A stretch of DNA of 64,000 nt from an uncultured Bacteroidota bacterium (GCA_963793485.1 CAWCAB010000003.1:672139-736138); one strand, 5' to 3'. Counted from the first letter of the stretch, positions 54,898 to 63,594 are shown. The notes: generated by a model not told the origin, from the letters alone. Made by a program: numbers and translations.

Positions 54898-56688
54898 ATG
54901 GTTGAAATAAAGCCAACAGGTGTTTTCCTGGCTTTCGATCCGGGCACTCTGAACGGGATAGATCCCTTGTTGCTTGGTGAGTATGCCAGAAAGATACCCG
55001 GGATACGTGTGGTATTGCCATCGGTGGAAAATCTGGATCCTGTGCCAGAACTCATCCTGAAAGAGATACAGGAACATAAGTTGAAGCGTTTTGTTCTGGC
55101 AGGGTATGAACCGGGCATATATAAATCTGCCTTTTCCTCGGCCATGGCAAATGCCGGCCTCGATCCCGGAGATGTTACACTGGCTTCTCTCAGTGAGTAC
55201 GGTGTCAAAGGCATGGATGAAGCCAAAGCCGTCCTGTATTGTGCCATACACGGCATTCCTTATCCTGAAGCCAGGAAAAACGGTTCGGCAAAGGTGCTCC
55301 CTGAAACAGTGGTGATAGGAGCCGGTATTGCTGGCATACAGGCTGCCCTTGAGATTGCCGATAGTGGAAACAAGGTATATCTCGTTGAGCGGAGCGGGAC
55401 CATCGGAGGTCACATGGCCATGTTTGACAAGACTTTCCCCACTCTTGATTGTGCTGCATGCATACTCACCCCGAAAATGGTGGAGGTAGGCCAGCATCCC
55501 AATATCGAATTATTAACCTTATCGGAGATTACACAGGTAAACGGGATTGCCGGAAATTATGAAGTGAATATACACCAGAAAGCTCGCTATGTAGATATTA
55601 CTGCATGCATTGGCTGCGGGATATGTAGTGAAAAGTGTCCTCAGAAGACATACAGCGAATTTGATGCAGGTACAGCCATGCGCAAAGCGATATATATTCC
55701 CTTTCCACAGGCTGTGCCGAATAAATATTTGATCGATGCAGCAAATTGCCGATATATCCAGGAGGAGAAATGTGGAGTATGCCAGAAAGTATGTCCTGCC
55801 GAATGTATTGATTTTAACGATACCGATAAGGACATTAAAGTGAAGGTGGGTAACATCATCGTGGCCACCGGCTTTAAGACTTTTGATGCCGGCCGGATCA
55901 ATGAATTTGGCTACGGCAAATATCCAAACGTGCTGACATCTATTGAGTTTGAACGTCTGATCAATGCTGCCGGCCCAACGGGTGGGAATATCAGGTTTCG
56001 CACACAGGACAAGAAAGGCAACTGGATCTTCGAAGCAGAGGGAGAGGAGCCCGAAAGTGTTGCTCTTATCCATTGTATAGGCAGCCGCGACAGGAATTAT
56101 CATGAATACTGTTCGCGTGTATGTTGCATGTATTCCCTGAAGCTGGCACACCTTGTAAAAGAAAAACTTCCAGAAACGGAGGTGTTCGAATACTACATCG
56201 ATATGCGTGCTTTTGGTAAAGGTTATGAAGAATTCTATAACCGAATAAGAAATGAAGGTGTGAACTGTATCCGTGGCCGGACTGCAAAAATTGAGCAGTC
56301 AAATGGCCATTTAAAATTACGTTCTGAAGATATACTGAACAACAGGCTCATAGAACAGGAAGTAGATATGGTGATCCTGGCCGTAGGATTGGAGCCCAGG
56401 GAGGACGCAGGACACCTGGCTGATATGCTCAATATCAGGCGAGAAACATCCGGATGGTATACGGAAACATGCAACAGTACCGACCATTGCGGTAGCATGG
56501 ACGGCGGGATTCACCTGGCAGGAGTATGCCAGGGTCCAAAAGATATTCCCGACTCTGTGGCACAGGGAAGCGCCGCCGCTGCCAGGGTGCTCCAAAGTAT
56601 TTTAAAAGGCGAGGTCGATACCGGGATAACTGGCCTGCATGATATCGAACTCAGGGCTAAAGAGCTCTCAACAATTAGGGAGGAATAA
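54898..56688 (+). CDS. HdrA/QmoA-like FAD- and FeS-binding oxidoreductase (paralog 1)
   Basis: 596 aa with VVIGAGIAGIQAALEIADSG, FPTLDCAACILTPKM and an inserted 2x[4Fe-4S] ferredoxin (CIGCGICSEKCP; CGVCQKVCPAEC). Also HCIGSRD..YCSRVCCMYSLK and GVCQGPKDIPDSV. The N-terminal domain lacks Cys. Confidence 0.85.
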   Translation: MVEIKPTGVFLAFDPGTLNGIDPLLLGEYARKIPGIRVVLPSVENLDPVPELILKEIQEHKLKRFVLAGYEPGIYKSAFSSAMANAGLDPGDVTLASLSEYGVKGMDEAKAVLYCAIHGIPYPEARKNGSAKVLPETVVIGAGIAGIQAALEIADSGNKVYLVERSGTIGGHMAMFDKTFPTLDCAACILTPKMVEVGQHPNIELLTLSEITQVNGIAGNYEVNIHQKARYVDITACIGCGICSEKCPQKTYSEFDAGTAMRKAIYIPFPQAVPNKYLIDAANCRYIQEEKCGVCQKVCPAECIDFNDTDKDIKVKVGNIIVATGFKTFDAGRINEFGYGKYPNVLTSIEFERLINAAGPTGGNIRFRTQDKKGNWIFEAEGEEPESVALIHCIGSRDRNYHEYCSRVCCMYSLKLAHLVKEKLPETEVFEYYIDMRAFGKGYEEFYNRIRNEGVNCIRGRTAKIEQSNGHLKLRSEDILNNRLIEQEVDMVILAVGLEPREDAGHLADMLNIRRETSGWYTETCNSTDHCGSMDGGIHLAGVCQGPKDIPDSVAQGSAAAARVLQSILKGEVDTGITGLHDIELRAKELSTIREE

Positions 56689-56690
56689 GC

Positions 56691-57842
56691 ATGAACAATA
56701 GAATTGATCCTAGTCTAAAAACAGACATGCATAAATTTGGTTTGGGGGAGTGGCACGACTGCTTCCATTGCGGTAATTGTACGGCACTCTGCCCACTCAC
56801 CGATGATGCATACATGTTCCCCAGAAGGTCGATCAGGACCATGCAAATGGGACTTAAGAACAAGTTGATATCCAGTGTTGATCCATGGCTGTGTTACTAT
56901 TGTGGCGAATGTTCCGATACCTGTCCAAGGGATGCAAATCCCGGCGAAGTGATGATGGCACTGCGTCGTTATCTGACCTCACTCTATGACTGGACCGGCC
57001 TGTCGAGGAAGTTCTACACCTCCAAAGTATGGGAACTGGGGGCCATACTGCTCTTCGGAGGATTGGTGGTACTGGCATTTGCACTTTTCTGGCCTGCTAT
57101 CAATCCTGAGTTAACTGCCGATGGGGGTGTGAAGATCAACTCCATTATGCCGCTTCAATATGTTGAGTGGGCCGACTGGACAATGGCCATTATAGTTGCA
57201 TTGCTGTTGTCTTCAAATATATTGCGAATGTATATCAAGATCGTGCATGGAGAAGGCGCTGTGAAAATCCCATTTTATCTGTATTTCAAGGAGGCCTGGC
57301 AGCTTGTATTCCACTTTTCCACACAATGGAAGTTTTCAAAATGCGATGGCAAGAAGTACTGGTTATGGCACTGGCTTCTGATGTCGGGCTATACCATCAT
57401 GTTTATCCTGATCGTGGTATTCCTTCCCTGGTTCCAGACGGAGGAGGTTTATGAACCATGGCATCCACAGCGATTACTTGGATATTATGCCACATTTGGA
57501 TTACTGTTTGGGCTTACTGCTGTGATCATTGGCAGGATCAGGAAGAACAATGCCAAATTCAAGTTTTCCCACGTGAGCGACTGGCTCTTTATTATCATGC
57601 TGTTCCTTACGGTAGTTACCGGCATACTGGTGCATTTTTTCAGAATAGGTGGTATGCCTTATGCCACATATTATGCCTATGTAGCTCACCTGGCAGTACT
57701 GGTGCCAATGATCATGATCGAGGTTCCCTTCTCGAAGTGGTCGCACCTTGCATACAGGCCCTTTGCCATTTACTTTGCAAACCTGAGGAGGGAAGCAATA
57801 AAGCTTCAGGAAAAGACAGCAATAACATTAGCAACAACATAA
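56691..57842 (+). CDS. QmoC-like fusion: HdrC-type 2x[4Fe-4S] domain plus six-TM NarI/HdrE-like (cytochrome b-type) membrane domain
   Basis: 383 aa. CFHCGNCTALCP and CYYCGECSDTCP are followed by six hydrophobic helices with conserved His (WHWLL, LVHFF, VAHLAV, WSHLAYRP). The start lies 2 nt after the upstream stop, preceded by GGGAGG. Confidence 0.8.
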   Translation: MNNRIDPSLKTDMHKFGLGEWHDCFHCGNCTALCPLTDDAYMFPRRSIRTMQMGLKNKLISSVDPWLCYYCGECSDTCPRDANPGEVMMALRRYLTSLYDWTGLSRKFYTSKVWELGAILLFGGLVVLAFALFWPAINPELTADGGVKINSIMPLQYVEWADWTMAIIVALLLSSNILRMYIKIVHGEGAVKIPFYLYFKEAWQLVFHFSTQWKFSKCDGKKYWLWHWLLMSGYTIMFILIVVFLPWFQTEEVYEPWHPQRLLGYYATFGLLFGLTAVIIGRIRKNNAKFKFSHVSDWLFIIMLFLTVVTGILVHFFRIGGMPYATYYAYVAHLAVLVPMIMIEVPFSKWSHLAYRPFAIYFANLRREAIKLQEKTAITLATT

Positions 57843-57852
57843 ATTACCGGAC

Positions 57853-59607
57853 ATGAAAGATTCACGAATAGGAGTTTATATCTGCTGGTGCGGAACCAAT
57901 ATCGCCAAGATGGTTGATGTGGAGAAAGTGGCTGAAGATATTGGAAAACTGGAAAACGTAATCATTTCCAGGAATTATAAATATATGTGTTCCGATCCTG
58001 GTCAGGAACTGATCGTTAAAGATATCCAGGAACATGATCTGGACAGGGTGGTTGTGGCTGCCTGTTCTCCCCGCATCCACGAGCTGACATTTAGAAAAGC
58101 CCTGGAAAATGCCGGCCTGAACCAGTACCTCTTTGAGATGGCTAATATCCGTGAACATGTTTCATGGGTACATACCAGCAGGGAAGAGGCCACGGTGAAA
58201 GCGGCCGACCTGGTCAGGGCTGCCATCAAACGTGTGGGCTATCATGAATCCCTCGATAAGTTGTCTGTTGATATCAACCCGGCAACACTGGTTGTTGGTG
58301 GAGGGGTGGCAGGCATGTCTGCCGCACTGAGAATTGCTGAAGCCGGTAAACAGGTCTACCTGATAGAGAAAACAGATAAGCTGGGTGGACAGGCAGCACA
58401 ACTTGACCTGACTTTCCCGTATCTGAATGCTGTGGCGTCATTTCTGGAACCCATGATCACAAAAGTTAAGCATCACAAAAAAATCAAAGTGTTTACAGGT
58501 ACCAGCATTGATGAGATTACAGGATATGTGGGGAACTTTGAGACAGAGATAAAGACCAATGGAGAGACTCAAAGCCTGAGTTTTGGTCATATCATAGTAG
58601 CTACAGGCTTAAAGGCATATGATCCGGCACCCATGGAAAATTATGGCTATGGCCGTCTGAAAAACGTGATTACCTCATCCGAATTTGAGCAAATGCTAAG
58701 ATCCGGGAAGATTGTCACCACTGATGGCAAAGTGCCTGAGCATGTAGCTATCATTCATTGTGTTGGAAGCAGGAATGAAGAAATACATGAGTATTGTTCA
58801 CGAACATGTTGCGCTACTGCACTCAAATATGCAAATCAGCTCCGTTCTGCTCTACCGTATTCTGGTATCTATGACTTATATGCTGACATGAGAGCATTCA
58901 GTAAAGGCTGTGAAGAACTCTATTCAAAAACCTCGGAGAGGAACATTATGTTCTTGATGTTTGATCCTCAGAAAGACCTTCCTGTGATTACCGAAGCTAA
59001 GAAGAAGGATGGCTGCGAGATGCTGATCAATATGAAAGAATTGCTTTCCGGGGAACAGATAGAAGTGCCTGCCGATCTGGTGATCCTGATGACTGCCATG
59101 GAGGCCAGGGATGGTGCGAAAGAGCTTGGTCATGCTGCCGGGATCAGCATGTGCGGAAATCATTTTTACATAGAGAAACATCCAAAACTTGACCCGGTCG
59201 CTACCACCACCGATGGCGTATTCATCGTGGGAGCATGTCAGGGGCCAAAGGATATTCCTGAGTCAGTATCCCAGGCCTGGGCTGCTTCGGCACGGGTGCT
59301 TGCAGGGATCTGCAGGGGCACAGTTTCGGTGGAGGTAACAACAGCAGTCGTCAATGAAGATATCTGTTGTGGCTGTCAGACTTGCATTACAGTCTGCCCA
59401 TACACTGCAATCACATTTAATGAAGAAAAGAATGTGTCAGAAGTGAACGAAGTGCTGTGCAAAGGTTGCGGAACCTGTGGGTCGACCTGCCCAACCGGCG
59501 CCATCAGGAGCAGGCATTTTACCGATATGCAGATCCTTTCCCAGATAGAGGGTATGCTGAATGAAGGGAAAGAAAAAGAAACCGAAAAATTAATGGAGGA
59601 AGCATAA
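57853..59607 (+). CDS. HdrA/QmoB-like FAD- and FeS-binding oxidoreductase (paralog 2)
   Basis: 584 aa. N-terminal Cys domain (IGVYICWCGTNIA..YMCSDPG..AACSP) and VVGGGVAGMSAALRIAEAG. Also HCVGSRN..YCSRTCCATALK and GACQGPKDIPESV. C-terminal 2x[4Fe-4S] (CCGCQTCITVCP; CKGCGTCGSTCP). Confidence 0.85.
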   Translation: MKDSRIGVYICWCGTNIAKMVDVEKVAEDIGKLENVIISRNYKYMCSDPGQELIVKDIQEHDLDRVVVAACSPRIHELTFRKALENAGLNQYLFEMANIREHVSWVHTSREEATVKAADLVRAAIKRVGYHESLDKLSVDINPATLVVGGGVAGMSAALRIAEAGKQVYLIEKTDKLGGQAAQLDLTFPYLNAVASFLEPMITKVKHHKKIKVFTGTSIDEITGYVGNFETEIKTNGETQSLSFGHIIVATGLKAYDPAPMENYGYGRLKNVITSSEFEQMLRSGKIVTTDGKVPEHVAIIHCVGSRNEEIHEYCSRTCCATALKYANQLRSALPYSGIYDLYADMRAFSKGCEELYSKTSERNIMFLMFDPQKDLPVITEAKKKDGCEMLINMKELLSGEQIEVPADLVILMTAMEARDGAKELGHAAGISMCGNHFYIEKHPKLDPVATTTDGVFIVGACQGPKDIPESVSQAWAASARVLAGICRGTVSVEVTTAVVNEDICCGCQTCITVCPYTAITFNEEKNVSEVNEVLCKGCGTCGSTCPTGAIRSRHFTDMQILSQIEGMLNEGKEKETEKLMEEA

Positions 59608-59608
59608 A

Positions 59609-60037
59609 ATGGCAAAATTCGAACCAATGATCGTCTCATTCCTTTGCAACTGGTGCTCATATACAGGGGCCGACCTTGCGGGAACATCAAGAATGAAGTA
59701 TGCGCACAACATCAGGATCATCAGGGTGATGTGCTCCGGTCGCGTTGATCCGACATTTGTCTTCAAGTCATTTCGTGAAGGAGCCGATGGTGTACTGATA
59801 TGCGGATGCCATCCGGGCGACTGCCACTACCATGAAGGCAATTACAAATGCCTTCGCAGGTACGAATTCATCAAACGTTACCTGAAGCAAATGGGAATAG
59901 ATGAAAAACGCATCCGACTGGAGTGGATCAGCGCCAGCGAAGGAAAGCAGTTTGCTGAACTGGCTGATGAAATGACAGAGCAAGTTGCTGCCCTGGGTCC
60001 CTGCAGAGTAAAAACAGTTATGGAAAACATATTATAA
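59609..60037 (+). CDS. mvhD: methyl-viologen-reducing hydrogenase delta subunit (MvhD/FlpD family)
   Basis: 142 aa with FLCNWCSYTGADLAG..IRVMCSGRV..GADGVLICGCHPGDCHYHEGN. Confidence 0.9.
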   Translation: MAKFEPMIVSFLCNWCSYTGADLAGTSRMKYAHNIRIIRVMCSGRVDPTFVFKSFREGADGVLICGCHPGDCHYHEGNYKCLRRYEFIKRYLKQMGIDEKRIRLEWISASEGKQFAELADEMTEQVAALGPCRVKTVMENIL

Positions 60038-60049
60038 ACGATTATTACC

Positions 60050-61052
60050 ATGGAAAAAGAGAATAAAGGCAAATTGAAACTGGCCATTTACTGGGGCGCA
60101 GCCTGTGGCGGATGCTGTGTTTCTGTCCTTGATGTGCATGAAAACTTACTGGATATTGTTGCTGCTGCTGACCTGGTGTTCTGGCCCATTGCCCTTGATT
60201 TTAAATACGATGATGTCCAGAAAATGCCTGACGCCTATATCGACGTTTGCCTGTATAATGGTGCGATCAGAAATAGTGAGAATGAACTCATGGCTGTTCT
60301 TCTCAGGCAAAAGTCGAAGATACTCGTAGCTTATGGTTCCTGTGCACATATGGGAGGAATACCCGGGCTGGGTAACTTTTCCGACAGGGAAGGTATCTTC
60401 AACAGGGTATATAAAGAGAGCGAGTCCACAGAAAACCCTCAAGGCATTACTCCACAACCAAAGTATGACGTACCTGAAGGGGAACTTGACATCCCGGCAT
60501 TTTATAATGATGTGCAAACATTGAGAAATGTCGTTTGTGTTGACTATTACATACCTGGATGCCCGCCACAGAGTGAGCGCCTGTTGGAAGTCTTTCAGGC
60601 CATCGCTTCCGGCAGTGAACTGCCCTCGAAAGAAAGTGTTATCGGTGCCCTGGATAAGAGCCAGTGCGATGAATGCCCCCGCAAAGAAAACAGATAATAA
60701 AAAGATCAGGCAATTTTTCCGCCCATGGGAAATTGAAGATGACGGCGAGACATGCTTCCTTGAACAGGGGGTAATCTGTATGGGTCCGGCTACACGTGGA
60801 GGATGTGGTGTCAGGTGCATTGAAGGGAATGCCCCCTGCCGGGGTTGTTACGGTCCGCCACCGGATGTTACTGACCCGGGTGCGAAGATGATGTCGGCCA
60901 TTGCTACCATGATCGACTCTAACGATGACGAGGAGATCAACAGGATTCTGGACAGCATCGATGATATTGCAGGGACTTTCTACAGGTTCAGCCTGCCATC
61001 TTCCATACTGAGAAGAACCCTCTTGAAAAAAGAAGCGGTTGAAGCAGAATAA
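60050..61052 (+). pseudogene. mvhG: [NiFe]-hydrogenase small subunit (MvhG-like), +1 frameshift at about 60676-60694 (or sequencing error)
   Basis: The N-part 60050-60697 (WGAACGGCCVS..YGSCAHMGGIPG..IPGCPP..CDECPRKENR*) continues in the next frame (..AKKTDNKKIRQFF..CFLEQGVICMGPATRGGCGVRC..APCRGCYGP..), ending at 61052. The switch lies within CCCCCGCAAAGAAAAC. Confidence 0.85.
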
Positions 61053-61077
61053 TTATTAAGAACAAATAATTGCAATC

Positions 61078-62550
61078 ATGAAAAACAGAATCACTATCGA
61101 CCCGATCACACGCCTTGAGGGGCATGGCAAAATAGAGATATTCCTGGATAAGACCGGAGCAGTGGAGAATGTATATTTCCAGGTGCCGGAACTACGTGGA
61201 TTCGAGAAGTTTGTGGAAGGCAGGCCGGTGGAAGAACTGTCGCAGATCGTGACTAAGATATGTGGAGTGTGTCCCGGCTGTCATCATATGGCATCAGGAA
61301 AGGCCGCCGACGAAGTTTTCGGATTGACTCCACCACCAACTGCTGTCAAATTGCGGGAACTGTTTTATATGGCACATTTCGTACATAGCCATATTGCCCA
61401 TTTTTATGCCCTGGCTGCACCCGATTTTGTAGTTGGACCAGATGCAGACCCGGCAGAAAGGAATATCCTTGGCGTCATCGGAAAAGTTGGCTTAGAAATA
61501 GGGGGCGAAGTGATCAAGCAGCGAAGGATTGCACAGGAAATACAGGCACTGCTGGGAGGTCATCAGACACATGTGGTGATGAACATTCCCGGGGGTGTGA
61601 GAAAGGGACTGACAGAAGAACAACGAGATGATATCATAAAAAAGGCAGAAGGCTTTGTGGAATTTGCGAAATTCTCATTGAAGATATTCGATGATGTGGT
61701 GCTGGCCAATGAAAAATATGTCGATATCATTCTAAATGGACCTTATTCCCTCGACCTGTATTCCATGGGACTGGTGGATGAGAATAACAAAGTGAACTTT
61801 TACGATGGTAAAGTCAGGGTGGTTGATCAGGATGGGGATGAACATTGCAAATATGCCCCTGAGGAATACATGGAATATGTGAGCGAAAGGGTGGAGCCCT
61901 GGAGCTACCTGAAGTTTCCCTACCTGAAAAAAGTAGGCTGGAAGGGATTCGTCACCGGCAAAGATTCAGGCGTATATCATGCAACACCACTCTCACGCCT
62001 CAATGCAGCTGATGGTATGGCAACTCCACTTGCGCAGGGGCAATATGAAAGAATGTATAAAGTGCTGGGTGGAAAGCCTGTACACAATACTCTGGCCATG
62101 CACTGGGCAAGGTTGGTAGAATTGCTGTATTCGGCAGAAAGATGCCTCGAACTGGCCCAGGATCCCGACATCACAGGTAAGGAACTCAGAGTGCCTATCG
62201 ACAGGAAGAATATTCGGGGAGAAGGTGTTGGCATTGTTGAAGCACAGCGTGGCACACTTACCCACCACTATTGGACCGATGAAAAAGGCATAGTTACAAA
62301 GGCCAATATCATTGTTGGAACAACAAATAATAATGCTGCCATCTGCATGTCGCTCAAAAAGGCTGCTGAGAACCTGATCGAGCCTGGTAAAGACGTTGAC
62401 CAGGGAATACTGAACATGGTGGAGATGGCCTTCCGGGCTTATGATCCATGTTTCTCCTGTGCCACACACAGGTTGCCCGGCGATATGCCGCTGATCGTGA
62501 ATATCATGAGTTATGAAAAAGAACTGTTGCAAAGCATTCGCCGTGATTAA
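61078..62550 (+). CDS. mvhA: [NiFe]-hydrogenase large subunit, Mvh-type (group 3c-like)
   Basis: 490 aa. N-terminal ITRLEGHGKIEI and KICGVCPGCHHMA. C-terminal Ni-binding DPCFSCATH is followed by a 26-aa cleavable extension. Confidence 0.95.
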   Translation: MKNRITIDPITRLEGHGKIEIFLDKTGAVENVYFQVPELRGFEKFVEGRPVEELSQIVTKICGVCPGCHHMASGKAADEVFGLTPPPTAVKLRELFYMAHFVHSHIAHFYALAAPDFVVGPDADPAERNILGVIGKVGLEIGGEVIKQRRIAQEIQALLGGHQTHVVMNIPGGVRKGLTEEQRDDIIKKAEGFVEFAKFSLKIFDDVVLANEKYVDIILNGPYSLDLYSMGLVDENNKVNFYDGKVRVVDQDGDEHCKYAPEEYMEYVSERVEPWSYLKFPYLKKVGWKGFVTGKDSGVYHATPLSRLNAADGMATPLAQGQYERMYKVLGGKPVHNTLAMHWARLVELLYSAERCLELAQDPDITGKELRVPIDRKNIRGEGVGIVEAQRGTLTHHYWTDEKGIVTKANIIVGTTNNNAAICMSLKKAAENLIEPGKDVDQGILNMVEMAFRAYDPCFSCATHRLPGDMPLIVNIMSYEKELLQSIRRD

Positions 62551-62560
62551 TCAGCAATGA

Positions 62561-63070
62561 ATGAGAGTTCAAAAGGAAATATTGGTTCTCGGAATTGGCA
62601 ATGAGTTGCTGAAAGACGATGGTATTGGTCCGAAACTGGTGAGGAAACTTCAAAATTTCCTTCCATTGTCGAATATTGATTATGAAACCTCACTGGTTGG
62701 TGGGATGGAAAGTATCGAGATCATGAAGGGTTATCAGCAAGTTGTGATCATTGATGGGATCATGTCGAAGAAAGGAGTGCCCGGAACAGTATATTATATG
62801 ACCTATCCCTTGAACATGAATACGCTTCATCTTTCCAATGCCCACGATATTTCCTTTGATATGTCGGTGAAGCTGGCTCGTAAGCTGGATATTCCTTTCC
62901 CGGAAAAGATCTGCATCATTGCTGTTGAGATTGTGGAAGACAGGGAGTTTGGTGAAACTTTAACAGAAATATTGCAGGAAAGATACAGCGAAATATTCAG
63001 TGCCGTTGCTGCGACAATACAAGAGAATATCGCCCAAAACAGGATGGAGGATTGCCATGAAAAGATTTGA
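62561..63070 (+). CDS. hydrogenase maturation endopeptidase (HyaD/HycI/FrhD family)
   Basis: 169 aa with LVLGIGNELLKDDGIGPKLV. Confidence 0.85.
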   Translation: MRVQKEILVLGIGNELLKDDGIGPKLVRKLQNFLPLSNIDYETSLVGGMESIEIMKGYQQVVIIDGIMSKKGVPGTVYYMTYPLNMNTLHLSNAHDISFDMSVKLARKLDIPFPEKICIIAVEIVEDREFGETLTEILQERYSEIFSAVAATIQENIAQNRMEDCHEKI

Positions 63071-63554
63071 TTCCAAGGGGATGCTGGTCATCCCGAACCC
63101 AGTTAGTTCGGAAAGCATTTGCAAACAGAAACAACTCTTGCTGGTGAAGGAGTGTTATTGCCAGAATGGGCACAACCTGATCAGTAATAGCGCAATCTTC
63201 AACGGATTTAAAGGTATTGTGATCAAGGTGAGGCGTGGAAATCAGGAGGGACTGGTGGCCCTGAGCCCTGTATATGGATATAAAAGCAGGGTTTCGCTGA
63301 ATGTTGACCTTTTTGATGATCAGGTTTGGGAGATCTGCTGTCCTCAATGCGGTGTTACCCTGCCCACCTATTCAGATTGTGCCTGTGGAGGAAGGATGAT
63401 CGCCATCTTTACCGATGAAACAGCGAACTTTGCTAATTGTATCGGCATCTGCAACCGCATCGGTTGCTATAACGCCGGCATACAGCATAGTAATGAGCTG
63501 CTTACCATGTCGATGATCCAGAGTATGGCAACTGATGATGCACATACATTCTAA
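63057..63554 (+). CDS. uncharacterised Cys-rich (multi zinc-ribbon) protein, hydrogenase-island paralog 2
   Basis: ORF 63000-63554, with the start moved to MKRFDSKG (63057). This overlaps the protease gene by 14 nt, and GGAGG lies 6 nt upstream. Motifs: CYCQNGH..LSPVYGY..CPQCG..CACGG..ICNRIGCYN. Confidence 0.6.
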   Translation: MKRFDSKGMLVIPNPVSSESICKQKQLLLVKECYCQNGHNLISNSAIFNGFKGIVIKVRRGNQEGLVALSPVYGYKSRVSLNVDLFDDQVWEICCPQCGVTLPTYSDCACGGRMIAIFTDETANFANCIGICNRIGCYNAGIQHSNELLTMSMIQSMATDDAHTF

Positions 63555-63558
63555 CTCA

Positions 63559-63594
63559 AGGCACTCTATGTACTCCAGGCACTTTAGGCAATTT
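63559..63594. repeat. 9-nt array (AGGCACTYT family)
   Basis: AGGCACTCT ATGTACTCC AGGCACTTT AGGCAATTT. Confidence 0.75.

Noticed and set aside
54859-56151. 212-aa and 210-aa ORFs antisense to the first HdrA-like gene
   Set aside because: They are shadow ORFs of a strongly motif-supported gene.
54898-59607. Calling the HdrA-like/QmoC-like genes qmoABC of dissimilatory sulfate reduction
   Set aside because: No sat, aprAB or dsr genes are in the window. The genes are fused to an mvhDGA-type operon, and the gene order and domain split (separate MvhD) differ from canonical qmoABC.
60146-60820. 224-aa ORF antisense to the hydrogenase small subunit
   Set aside because: The opposite strand carries unmistakable small-subunit motifs, and the antisense product has no recognisable features.
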